Assembly (NCBI RefSeq): GCF_008065095.1
Contig: NZ_CP042911.1
Coordinates: forward strand, 7,080,001 to 7,112,000
Direction of reading: 5' to 3'
DNA length: 32,000 nucleotides
From: Gemmata obscuriglobus
Lineage (GTDB): Bacteria > Planctomycetota > Planctomycetia > Gemmatales > Gemmataceae
Within the stretch, counting starts at the first letter, position 1; every line of letters begins with the position of its first letter. The notes under the pieces were generated by a model. It searched no databases. It was not told where the DNA came from and saw only the letters and a list, made by a program, of their open reading frames with translations. Below are positions 23,959 through 32,000 of the stretch, in pieces. Made by a program: the position numbers and the translations under genes.

Positions 23959-25764
23959 ATGAAGTTGCTCACCTCGGTGTTCACTCTGAACGGGCGGGTA
24001 CTGCCGGCCGGAACCTGGTTCACGGTCGCAGTGTGCGCATTCGTCATCGGGTTAGAGATCGCCGGGCGGTACGCCGCATCCGACTTGCACGACGGCGCCG
24101 CAGCCCTGGCGCTCGTCGGGGTCGGACTGACGGTCGCGGTGCGGCACCGGCGCGAGCCGCTTCCGTGGGTCGCACGGCTGGCCGCGCTGGGCCGGCGGGC
24201 GGCCGGATCAACCTCGTGGCTCCGGTACGACCACGGCATCGATCTGCGCGGTGTACCCCCGCTCCCGCGACGCACCCCACCGGTGGTCTTCGTGCTTGCC
24301 TTGGTGCTGTTCACGTGGGGAGGACTAGCGGCGGGGGCGTGGGCGGTGTTTCCCGCCGGCTGGCGCGCGGTCGGGATCTACTCGTCGTACACGTTGTATC
24401 TGGCCCTGCTGCTGGTGCTCTGGGGCACGCTCTTGACGGTCGCGTGCGTGGGCCTGTTTGTGCCCATTGCCGCGCTGGATAAGTGGCTCCGACGGTGGCT
24501 CGGGGACACTGACAGACGGGGAGCCGAACTGGCGGCAGTTGTCGGGTACGCGGTGGGCGTAGCGCTCGTCGCCTGGGAGTTCCCGCCGGCCCCGGTGCTG
24601 CTGCTGTGCCTCGTTGTGGCGGTAAGTGCTTGGGCCGCGTACGTGCCGCGCGGCCGCGACGGCGCCGCGCTGCTCTGGCGCGGCTCGGCCGACAAGCCGG
24701 TGTGTGCGGTGCCGCTGCGTCGGGTGCTCGCGACGGTGATCGGGCTGACCGCGCTGCTCGCGTTCGCCGTACTGCTCACCGCGTGCGGCGGGCGACTGTT
24801 CGCTCCCCCACGGGCCGACGACACGATGCCGTTCACCGCGCTTCTCGGAACCGTTGCGGCGTGGTTCCTGCCCGGGTTACTGTGTGTCGTGGTGGTGAAA
24901 CTGAACGGCGCGCGCCGGGGCGACCCGGCGCGCCGCACGCCGCCGACGCTGCACATCGCCGGCGCACATGCGGGTGACGTCCGCTCGGCCGCGCGCATCG
25001 CCCGCCGGTGGGGGTGGGCCGTTCGCACCGCTCCCCAAGCAAGGGAACCGAACCACGTCGGGGTCGAGGTTGTTGAGGAAGCGCGGTCCGAGGCGACCGA
25101 GTTCAATCCGGTCTGGCCCCTTAAAGTGAGCCTCGCCGACCTGCAACTCCGGGCGGTGAAAGAGCGGTTGGAGCGCCGTGACGAGATCAAGGTGCGGCGG
25201 CAACTGTTCCGCGGGCTCCAGAAACTGTTTAAGCGGGCCAGCGTGTTCAAGGGACCGGCGGGCGGCGGGTTCTGGCTCGCCCCCCACTGGTGGTTCGTCG
25301 AGGGCGTCGGCCGGGAGGACGCGGATTCCGCCAGCGAGGAGTCCCCGCCGATGGTCGGCCCGGCCTACAGCCGCGTGCTGCCCAGGCGCGCCCGGCAGCA
25401 CGCGCACGCCGTGCTCCGGGCGACCCAAGTGGACATGATCTTCATTGAAGACGGGGTGACGTTCCGCAACCTGGAGCGCGCGCTGCGCGTGCTAACCGAA
25501 CTGTATGACGTTCACGGCGGGACGCGCCGCGCCGAAGAGATGCACTTCCGCGGGGTACCGAAGGTGCGGGCCATGATCCACGAATACGAGCCCGGTAACC
25601 CGTTCCGCTCGGACCTGTACCCCGAGCCGAAGTTCGACGACCTGTCCCGGGTTCGGGTGCTGCACATTTTCCGGGATCGCGGGGCCAGCGAGGAACTGAC
25701 CGACCAGCCGTTCGACTTCTCGTGGACCCCGGCCCCCGCACCGGTCGGCAGTGCGGGTTGGTGA
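23959..25764 (+). CDS. Polytopic membrane protein (~8 TM helices) with a ~270-aa C-terminal cytoplasmic domain of unknown function.
   Basis: Multiple hydrophobic helices are visible (WFTVAVCAFVIGLEI, VVFVLALVLFTWGGLAAGAWAV, LYLALLLVLWGTLLTVACVGLFV, etc.). The soluble C-terminus contains HWWFVEG and VDMIFIEDGVTFRNLERALRVLTELYDVHGG. ATG at 23959 was preferred because the earlier in-frame ATG at 23878 overlaps a TAGAAT box and would place the 23892-23919 palindrome in the coding sequence. Confidence 0.7.
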   Translation: MKLLTSVFTLNGRVLPAGTWFTVAVCAFVIGLEIAGRYAASDLHDGAAALALVGVGLTVAVRHRREPLPWVARLAALGRRAAGSTSWLRYDHGIDLRGVPPLPRRTPPVVFVLALVLFTWGGLAAGAWAVFPAGWRAVGIYSSYTLYLALLLVLWGTLLTVACVGLFVPIAALDKWLRRWLGDTDRRGAELAAVVGYAVGVALVAWEFPPAPVLLLCLVVAVSAWAAYVPRGRDGAALLWRGSADKPVCAVPLRRVLATVIGLTALLAFAVLLTACGGRLFAPPRADDTMPFTALLGTVAAWFLPGLLCVVVVKLNGARRGDPARRTPPTLHIAGAHAGDVRSAARIARRWGWAVRTAPQAREPNHVGVEVVEEARSEATEFNPVWPLKVSLADLQLRAVKERLERRDEIKVRRQLFRGLQKLFKRASVFKGPAGGGFWLAPHWWFVEGVGREDADSASEESPPMVGPAYSRVLPRRARQHAHAVLRATQVDMIFIEDGVTFRNLERALRVLTELYDVHGGTRRAEEMHFRGVPKVRAMIHEYEPGNPFRSDLYPEPKFDDLSRVRVLHIFRDRGASEELTDQPFDFSWTPAPAPVGSAGW

Positions 25765-25845
25765 GGCGGAAACGAAACCGCTGTCCACGCGCCTTGGCGT
25801 GGGTTACAGTAGGGCTTGTATCTCCTCTGTACTTCGTGCCGCCCC

Positions 25846-27171
25846 ATGACCTCACCGCACTCCGTACCCGGGCCGAGTCGGGCCACGGAAATCGCTCGCC
25901 TGGAGCTCGCCCGGCTCGCTCCGAGTGAGCCGCTCGACGCCGTGTTTCGCCGCGCGTGCGAGCTGTGTGCCGACGCACTCACGGTCGAGCGCGTCGGCGT
26001 GTGGCTGTTCATCGACAACGGGGGCGCGCTCCGCTGCGCGAACCTGTTCGAGCGGTCCAAGAAGGAGCACTCCGCCGGAACCATGCTCCGGGTCGCGGAC
26101 TTCCCCGCGTACTTCACGTCCATTTCCATTCGCAAGGCCGTCCCCGCCGAGGTCGCGGGCACGGAGCCGTGGACCGCGGAACTGGCCGCGCGTTACCTGC
26201 GCCCGCTCGGCATCGGCTCGATCCTCGACGCCGGCATCTTCGTGGACGGCGAACTAGTAGGGGTGCTGTGCCACGAACACGTCGGCCTGCCCCGCGAGTG
26301 GACCACCGAGGCGCGGGACTTCGTCGGCTCGATGGCGGACCTGCTCGCCTTGCGGATTCAGTCGGCCGAGGTGCGCGAACTGCGGGCCGCGTTCCTCACC
26401 CAAGACGAGCGCTCCGTGGCGCACGAGAAGGCAGCGGCCCTGGAGCAGCTTGCCGCCGGCGTGGCTCACGACTTCCGCAACCTGCTGACCGTGTTCCTCG
26501 GATACGGCGGCCTGCTTGCGCGTCGCGACGATTTACCTCACGACGCACGAAAGCAGGCAAAGGACATCGTCACCGCGGCCGAACAGGGCACCGCACTGGC
26601 GAAGGGCCTGCTGGAGTTCGCGCACCCGCAGACCGCGCCCCCGGCGGTACTCGATTTGGGCGCCGTTGCCGCCGAGTTCATGCCTGTACTTAAGGCCGCG
26701 ATCGGCTCGAAATACAAGATCCAGTACACGCAGCCGGACGAACTCGGGCAGGTGTTCATTGAAAAGGGGCAGTTCACGCGTCTGCTGCTGAACCTTGCGG
26801 TTAACGCGAGTGAGGCGATGCCCGCCGGCGGCCTCGTCGCGATCCGGCTGGCGCCGGTGAAGCTGACCGGCAACCCGAGCTACCTGGGCCGGTTCGTGCT
26901 GCTCGAGGTGACCGACACCGGAAGCGGGATCGATGCGGAAACCCAGCGCCGCATGTTCGATCCGTACTTCACCACCAAGTCGAAGGGAACGGGGCTGGGG
27001 TTGGCGATCGTGCGTCGGATCGTGGACCGGGTGGGCGGGCTGATCCGTGTGGAGAGTTCCGAGAGTAAGGGAACCACGTTCCGCGTGTTCTTCCCGCGGG
27101 TCGGCGCCAGCACCGGCGGCACAGCCCTGTTCCCGATCCTGCCCCCACAGCCCGGCGCGGAGCCCGCGTAA
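25846..27171 (+). CDS. Cytoplasmic GAF-domain sensor histidine kinase.
   Basis: The GAF-like region spans LDAVFRRACELCADAL...GVLCHEHVG..REWT..ARDFVGSMADLLALRI. The H-box is LAAGVAHDFRNLLTV, the N-box NLAVNASEAM, G1 DTGSGID and G2 GTGLGLAIV. ATG at 25846 was chosen over the TTG at 25816. Confidence 0.9.
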   Translation: MTSPHSVPGPSRATEIARLELARLAPSEPLDAVFRRACELCADALTVERVGVWLFIDNGGALRCANLFERSKKEHSAGTMLRVADFPAYFTSISIRKAVPAEVAGTEPWTAELAARYLRPLGIGSILDAGIFVDGELVGVLCHEHVGLPREWTTEARDFVGSMADLLALRIQSAEVRELRAAFLTQDERSVAHEKAAALEQLAAGVAHDFRNLLTVFLGYGGLLARRDDLPHDARKQAKDIVTAAEQGTALAKGLLEFAHPQTAPPAVLDLGAVAAEFMPVLKAAIGSKYKIQYTQPDELGQVFIEKGQFTRLLLNLAVNASEAMPAGGLVAIRLAPVKLTGNPSYLGRFVLLEVTDTGSGIDAETQRRMFDPYFTTKSKGTGLGLAIVRRIVDRVGGLIRVESSESKGTTFRVFFPRVGASTGGTALFPILPPQPGAEPA

Positions 27172-27230
27172 TATCGGCAAACAAGAACCGGAGCCCGCCG
27201 GTCCGTGGGCTCAGCACGCGCCAACCGCTC

Positions 27231-28466
27231 TCAGTTCACCCGGCGGTCGAAATCGGGGATCTGTGTAAACGCCACCCGCGACGGTGCCGCGTCCCGCATC
27301 CCGAACATCGCGCCCAGGTACACCACGCTCGCGCCGAATTCGGCGTTCACCTCGTCCAGCGCGGCCGAAATATTGCCACCCTGGTGGTCCTCATCGAAGA
27401 GTGATGGGGTTGCGCTCCGGGCCGGAACCAGGTCGCTCAGTACCACCCCCACCTTGAACGGCGCGCCCCCGCGCGGTCGCCCCGCCCACAACTTCGCGAC
27501 CACCGCGACCAGCGCCGGCGTGTCCTGGCACCGGGGCACGCGGGCGCTCTCGTCCCACCGCACGCGCGCGCTCCGGTCCGCACCCAGGAACCGCACTCCG
27601 ACCGACACCGACCCGCACCAGTAGCCGATCTTCCGCAACCGCGCCGCGGCCTTGTGGACCAGTCGCATTAGCACCCCGTACGCCTTCTCGTCCGTGCGCA
27701 GGTTCGGTGGGAGTACGTGTGAGTGGCTCACCGTTTGGCGCCGGGTCGGAGTCTCGGGTACCTCGTCTCCGTGCAACAGCCCGTGCCAGCGCTCGCCGAT
27801 CACTTTGCTGCCCCATACGTCACTCAACGCTTTTGCGGACGCCGCACAGAACTGGGCCACCGTACAGATCCCGCACAGCCTCAGCCGCCGCTCCATCCGC
27901 GGCCCCACTCCCGGAAAGTCGTTCAGTTGTAGCCGGTGGAGCGCGTGCGGCAGGTCGGCGTCGGTGAGAGGGGTCAGCCCGTTCGGCTTTTGCATGTCGG
28001 CGGCCACCTTCGCCAGCAGCACGTTGGGACCGATCCCGATCGAGCACGTCATGCACTCACCGGCCAGATCGTGAATCGCGCGTTTGACCTGCTCTGCGAG
28101 CGCCCGCGCCCGCGCCGGCTCTCGGTCGCTACCGGTCAACTTGCAGGACATCTCGTCGATCGAGCGCACGCTGTCGATCGGGAGGACGCTCCGCACGGCC
28201 GCGAGGATGCGGTTGTGCATGGTGACGTATCGCTTGTGCCCCGTCGAAACGAGTATGATCCCCGGGCACAGCTTGCGGGCCTCCCACACCGGTGTGCCGG
28301 TTTTCACCCCGAACGCTTTCGCTTCGTAACTGGCCGCGATACACGCGGTCGTTTCTGCCCGGGTCGGGATGACGGCAATCGGCTTCCCGCGCAGGTCCGG
28401 GTCGTGCTGCTGCTCGACGGACGCGAAGAACGAGTTCATGTCGATGAAGAGGTACCGGAGCGGCAT
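27231..28466 (-). CDS. Y-family DNA polymerase (DinB/UmuC-like translesion polymerase).
   Basis: YLFIDMNSFFASVEQ (catalytic Asp), AASYEAKAFGVKTGTP, SIDEMSCKLTG (catalytic D-E), CSIGIGPNVLLAKVAADMQKPNG, FPGVGPRMERRL and the C-terminal LDEVNAEFG are present. ATG at 28466 has GGAGA upstream; the GTG at 28487 is an alternative start. Confidence 0.9.
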   Translation of the reverse strand: MPLRYLFIDMNSFFASVEQQHDPDLRGKPIAVIPTRAETTACIAASYEAKAFGVKTGTPVWEARKLCPGIILVSTGHKRYVTMHNRILAAVRSVLPIDSVRSIDEMSCKLTGSDREPARARALAEQVKRAIHDLAGECMTCSIGIGPNVLLAKVAADMQKPNGLTPLTDADLPHALHRLQLNDFPGVGPRMERRLRLCGICTVAQFCAASAKALSDVWGSKVIGERWHGLLHGDEVPETPTRRQTVSHSHVLPPNLRTDEKAYGVLMRLVHKAAARLRKIGYWCGSVSVGVRFLGADRSARVRWDESARVPRCQDTPALVAVVAKLWAGRPRGGAPFKVGVVLSDLVPARSATPSLFDEDHQGGNISAALDEVNAEFGASVVYLGAMFGMRDAAPSRVAFTQIPDFDRRVN

Positions 28467-28683
28467 CGCGCGGTCTCCACGGTTCACCCGTTCACCATGG
28501 ACGGGACAGTGTAAATATGTGCGCTAAAATTTCCGGGGGTGCAAGTCGAGGGTCAGGAGTTTCGGAGCGAAATGTGTTTGCCGGGCCTTGCACAACCGGC
28601 AGCCTGTCGCGGCTCGACTTGCATTCGGCAGGCGCGAGACGAAAATACGCGATGTTCCCTCCCTATTCAAACAAGAGACCGCC

Positions 28684-29985
28684 GTGTTCATCCCCCGCGT
28701 CCAACTCGTGCGTCAGACCGCCCCGCAACCGTCCGTCGCCGACGTCGCCCAGACGACGCGCGAGCTGTGGCTCAACTCGAAGACCGCCAAACGTATTCGC
28801 CCCGGTATGAAGGTGGCCGTCGCGTGCGGCAGCCGCGGCATCAACAACTACCTGGCGATCGCAAAGGCGACCGTTGACGCCCTGAAGGAACTGGGCGCGC
28901 AACCGTTCGTGGTGGCGGCGATGGGGTCACACGGCGGGGCCACGTCCGCGGGCCAGCGTGAGCTGCTCGCGAGCTACCGCATCGACGAACAGCACCTCGG
29001 CGTGCCGGTCGTGACCGACATGGACGCGGAGAACATCGGGGCCAACTCCTGGGGCCAAGCGGTATGGTGGGACAAGAACGCGCTGAAGGCCGACGCGGTG
29101 GTGACGGTGTCGCGGGTGAAGCCGCACACGGACTTCCGCGGCACGTTCGAGAGCGGCATCCTGAAGATGCTGGTGATCGGGCTCGGGAAGCGGCACGGCG
29201 CGGACCAGGTTCACAGCTTCGGCACCCGCGGCCTGCGCGACATGATCCCGGAGTCCGGGCGGGTGATCATGGAGAAGACGCCGTTCGTCGGCGGTTTGGC
29301 GATCATTGAGAACGCCAAAGAGGAAACCGCGCGGCTCGAAGTCGTGGACCGTGACGACCTCTGGGCGCGCGAACCCGAGTTGCTCATAGAAGCCCGCGGC
29401 CTGATGGGCCGGCTCCCGTTCCCGGGCGCCGACGTGCTCATCATCGGCGAGTGCGGCAAGAACTATTCGGGCGCCGGGATGGACCCGAACGTGGTCGGGC
29501 GGATGCTGATCGAGGCCACCCCCGAGGCCGAGACGAACGACCCGCGCATCGTGCGCATCGGGGTGCTGGACGTATCCGCAGAGAGCCACGGCAACGCGAC
29601 CGGAATCGGGATCGCGGACCTTACGACCAACCGCGCGCTGGCGGGCATCGACCCGGGTCCGTTCCGCATGAACAACCTCACCGCGCGCTCGCTGTGGCGG
29701 AGCAAGCTGCCGATCGGGTTCGACACCGACCGCGAGGTGATCGGCCACTGCGTCGAGACGTGCTGGCAGCCGGAACTGGAGAAGGTGAAGCTCTGCGTGA
29801 TCCCGAACACATTGGAAGTGGTCGAGATGTGGCTGTCGGAGCCGCTGCTGGCGGACGTGCGGGGTGTCCCGCACCTGGAGTTCGTAGGCGATCTGGTAGA
29901 ACTGCCGTTCGACGCGAACGGGAACCTCATGCAAGAGAAGCTGTTCCCGCACAGCGTCCGCGGGCGCCGGGTGAAAGGCCACTGA
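28684..29985 (+). CDS. LarA-like (lactate racemase N-terminal domain / DUF2088-type) protein.
   Basis: The layout resembles LarA: VAVACGSRGI, VVAAMGSHGGATSAGQRELL (cf. LarA ATGFHRPST) and ADAVVTVSRVKPHTDFRGTFESGILKMLVIGLGKRHGADQVH (cf. the LarA SHFFAGFSGGRK region). The start is uncertain (GTG at 28684 or TTG at 28588). Confidence 0.6.
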   Translation: MFIPRVQLVRQTAPQPSVADVAQTTRELWLNSKTAKRIRPGMKVAVACGSRGINNYLAIAKATVDALKELGAQPFVVAAMGSHGGATSAGQRELLASYRIDEQHLGVPVVTDMDAENIGANSWGQAVWWDKNALKADAVVTVSRVKPHTDFRGTFESGILKMLVIGLGKRHGADQVHSFGTRGLRDMIPESGRVIMEKTPFVGGLAIIENAKEETARLEVVDRDDLWAREPELLIEARGLMGRLPFPGADVLIIGECGKNYSGAGMDPNVVGRMLIEATPEAETNDPRIVRIGVLDVSAESHGNATGIGIADLTTNRALAGIDPGPFRMNNLTARSLWRSKLPIGFDTDREVIGHCVETCWQPELEKVKLCVIPNTLEVVEMWLSEPLLADVRGVPHLEFVGDLVELPFDANGNLMQEKLFPHSVRGRRVKGH

Positions 29986-30025
29986 AAGAAGAGGCACTGG
30001 CCACAAAAAGCACAAGCCACAAACA

Positions 30026-30158
30026 GAAGAGATTGGCCACAAAAAAGCACAAAAAGCACAAAAGGGAACCAAAACCAGAAGCAAAAGAGTTGTGTTGATA
30101 TCAATCTCTTGTTTTGCTCTTTGGTTTCCTTTTGTGCTTTTTTGTGGCCAATCTCTTC
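30026..30158. repeat. Large imperfect A-rich/T-rich inverted repeat filling the convergent gap between the LarA-like gene and xylA; probable bidirectional terminator / REP-like element.
   Basis: gaagagattggccacaaaaaagcac (30026-30050) is the exact reverse complement of gtgcttttttgtggccaatctcttc (30134-30158). The inner arms pair imperfectly around ttgatatcaa (30095-30104). An extra direct copy of ggccacaaaaagcacaa occurs at 29999-30016. Confidence 0.8.
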
Positions 30159-30162
30159 GGCT

Positions 30163-31476
30163 TTACTTGAGGTAGCGATTAATGATGTTCTCGATCAGCT
30201 CCTGGCGGCCGGACACGTTGGGCTCCGCCTCGCCCTTCTTTAGCATGTAGGCTTCCAGTTCTTCGAACTTCACCTTGCCGGCCTCAATGTCCGCGCCCAC
30301 GCCCGAGTCCCAGCTCGCGTACCGCTTCTTCACCATGTCCTTCAGAACACCGTCCTTCCGCATCGCGGCGGCGATCTTCAGGCCATGGGCGAACGCGTCC
30401 ATCCCGCCGATGTGCGCGTGGAACAGGTCGATCGGCTCGAAGCTGTCGCGCCGCACCTTCGCGTCGAAGTTCATCCCGCCCGACCCGATCCCCCCCTGGT
30501 TCAGCACGATCAGCATCACCTGCGCGGTCAGGTACAGGTCCGTCGGGAACTGGTCCGTGTCCCACCCGAGCAGCGGGTCGCCGCGGTTGGCGTCGATGCT
30601 CCCGAGCATCCCGTTGATGCTCGCGTACTCCAGTTCATGCCCCATTGTGTGCTTGGCCAGCGTCGCGTGGTTCGTCTCGACGTTGAACTTGAACTCCTTC
30701 TCCAGGCCGTAGCTGCGGAGGAACGCGAGCGAGTTGGCGCAGTCGAAGTCGTACTGGTGCGAGGTCGGCTCGTGCGGCTTCGGCTCGATCAGGAACGCGC
30801 CCGTGAACCCGATCTTCTTCTTGTACTCCACCGCCATGTGGAAGAACTTCGCGAGGTGGTCCAGCTCGCGCTTGAGGTCGGTGTTCCAGAGGGTCATGTA
30901 CCCCTCGCGCCCGCCCCAGAACACGTAGTTCTCGCCGCCCAGCTCCTTGGTCGCTTCAAGCGCCTTCTTCACCTGCGCGGCGGAGTACGCGAACACGTCC
31001 GCGTTGCAACTGGTGCTGGCGCCGTGGACGAACCGCTTGTTGCTGAACAGGTTCGCGGTGCCCCACAGCAGCTTGATGCCGGTGCGGGCCTGCGCCTCCT
31101 TCAGCTTCGCCACCACCGAGTCGAGGATCTTGTTCGTCTCGGCGAGGTTCGCGCCTTCCGGCGCGATGTCGCGGTCGTGCCAGCAGTAGTACGGCACGCC
31201 GAGCTTCTCCATGAACTCGAACGCCACGTCCACCCGCTTGAGCGCCATCGCGGGGCTGTCGGTGCCGTCCTCCCACGGCCGGATCGCGCACCCGGGGCCG
31301 AACGGGTCGGAGCCGGTGCCGCGGAACGTGTGCCAGTAGCACACCGCGAACCGCAGGTGGTCCTTCATCGACTTGCCCTCGACGAGCTCGTCGGGGTTGT
31401 AGTGCCGGTACGCCAGCGGGTTGGTGCTGTCCGGGCCTTCGTACTTGATCTTCGGCACGTCCGGGAAGAACGACAT
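30163..31476 (-). CDS. xylA: Xylose isomerase.
   Basis: The full-length match to the XylA pattern includes [91 protein letters not shown] and [11 protein letters not shown] at 31476 was chosen; the ORF extension to 31722 is Arg/Gly-rich. Confidence 0.95.
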   Translation of the reverse strand: MSFFPDVPKIKYEGPDSTNPLAYRHYNPDELVEGKSMKDHLRFAVCYWHTFRGTGSDPFGPGCAIRPWEDGTDSPAMALKRVDVAFEFMEKLGVPYYCWHDRDIAPEGANLAETNKILDSVVAKLKEAQARTGIKLLWGTANLFSNKRFVHGASTSCNADVFAYSAAQVKKALEATKELGGENYVFWGGREGYMTLWNTDLKRELDHLAKFFHMAVEYKKKIGFTGAFLIEPKPHEPTSHQYDFDCANSLAFLRSYGLEKEFKFNVETNHATLAKHTMGHELEYASINGMLGSIDANRGDPLLGWDTDQFPTDLYLTAQVMLIVLNQGGIGSGGMNFDAKVRRDSFEPIDLFHAHIGGMDAFAHGLKIAAAMRKDGVLKDMVKKRYASWDSGVGADIEAGKVKFEELEAYMLKKGEAEPNVSGRQELIENIINRYLK

Positions 31477-31600
31477 GGATGCCGCCTGTCGGTGAGAGGA
31501 TTTGGGGTCGTGAAGTGAGCGTAGCGGTTCGCGCCGCGCGCGGGTAGGATGTCGTGCGGCGGCTTTCCTGGTTATCCCATTTCTTGATGGGGAAAGTGCC

Positions 31601-32000
31601 GTGTCTGAGCCCGTTGAGTTTCCCGTTCCGGCCGACGACCTCCGGTTCCTCGAACGCGCGGCGCGGGAGCGGTCGCCACCGCCCCCGGTCGGCCGCGACC
31701 CACCGCGGGTGTCGTACCTCACCGCCGCCTCGATGCAGACGCTCTACGGGTACGTGTGGAGGTGGCGCCGGCTGCGGGGGCGCGAGTTGCGGCGGTGGGA
31801 ACCGCCGACCGGGTTCGCGAACGTCGTGTGCGTGGGTGTGGCCTCCGTGTCGCTCGCCGTCGAACTGATTTACTTCATCGTGTGCCGGCCCGATTTGGGG
31901 AACCGGCAGATTCGGGCGAGGCTCGTCACACCGCGCGACGTGCAGCGGATCGTGTACCTGCGGATCGGGACCGCCCGCGGGCTCCTGAACCGCGTCCGAA
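31601..32000 (+). CDS. Possible hypothetical membrane protein, 3' end cut by the window edge.
   Basis: The frame is open from 31547 to the window end and is not in the ORF track because it has no stop. GTG at 31601 is the first start codon. Third-position G/C is high. The translation is [23 protein letters not shown]...[24 protein letters not shown] (one TM helix). It runs divergently from xylA. Confidence 0.35.
   Translation, partial: MSEPVEFPVPADDLRFLERAARERSPPPPVGRDPPRVSYLTAASMQTLYGYVWRWRRLRGRELRRWEPPTGFANVVCVGVASVSLAVELIYFIVCRPDLGNRQIRARLVTPRDVQRIVYLRIGTARGLLNRVR

Noticed and set aside
29451-30104. ORFs 29451..30098 (+) and 29463..30104 (-) running through the A-rich/T-rich repeat, giving Lys/His-rich ..ATKKHKKHKREPKPEAK.. 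and Phe/Cys-rich ..FCFWFWFPFVLFVLFCG.. translations.
   Set aside because: They are translation artefacts of the intergenic palindromic repeat. Their upstream parts are out of frame with the well-supported LarA-like CDS.
12988-30158. The three long inverted repeats as CRISPR repeats or as terminal inverted repeats of an IS element or transposon.
   Set aside because: The three elements differ in sequence, so they are not a repeat-spacer array. Each is a self-contained hairpin. No transposase, integrase or target-site duplication is visible, and the genes between them are ordinary chromosomal genes.
31554-31868. 104-aa ORF from the track.
   Set aside because: The translation is Arg/Gly/Cys/Ser-rich and not protein-like. 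The alternative frame, open from 31547 to the window end and with a TM helix, is the more plausible coding frame, though still low confidence.
1-32000. tRNA, rRNA, RNase P, SRP or riboswitch signatures.
   Set aside because: I scanned intergenic regions by eye for T-loop (GGTTCGAAT/GGTTCAAAT), RNase P (GGAAAGTCCGG) and SRP (GGAAGCAGCC) motifs and for B12-box-like elements, and found none. An Infernal/Rfam scan would be needed to be definitive.

Overview
This is a high-GC (roughly two-thirds G+C by eye) bacterial chromosomal segment. The gene content points to a Planctomycetota, Gemmataceae-like genome: a DUF1559 pseudopilin-like protein, an H4MPT-pathway formyltransferase (Ftr/FhcD), several large lineage-specific hypothetical proteins, and long palindromic intergenic repeats. 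I support about 25 protein-coding genes. Recognisable ones are a YyaL/DUF255-type protein (5' partial), a DUF1559 protein plus small lipoprotein, a Wza-like polysaccharide export protein, Ftr, an HMA-MauE fusion membrane protein, a SirB1-like protein, a double-propeller PQQ sugar dehydrogenase, a 7Fe ferredoxin, a sensor-less sigma-54 activator coupled to a DUF1653 mini-protein, FolC, a GAF histidine kinase, a Y-family DNA polymerase, a LarA-like protein and xylose isomerase. I saw no rRNA, tRNA, CRISPR array, transposase or integrase. The most interesting unexplained content is fourfold. (1) A two-gene operon at 18890-22406 encodes a double winged-helix-like protein and an 868-aa AAA+/P-loop protein with a ~215-aa insertion between Walker A and B, a ~200-aa Pro/Ala/Glu linker and an unknown C-terminal domain. 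(2) A DUF1653 to domain-less sigma-54 EBP pair shares an ATGA overlap and lies near -24/-12-like promoters, one in front of the ferredoxin gene and one in front of a possible small RNA. (3) An operon of two membrane-anchored proteins carries three copies of the same ~430-aa module. (4) Three different long palindromic REP-like elements sit between genes. All functional calls come from reading motifs by eye; no database search was run.
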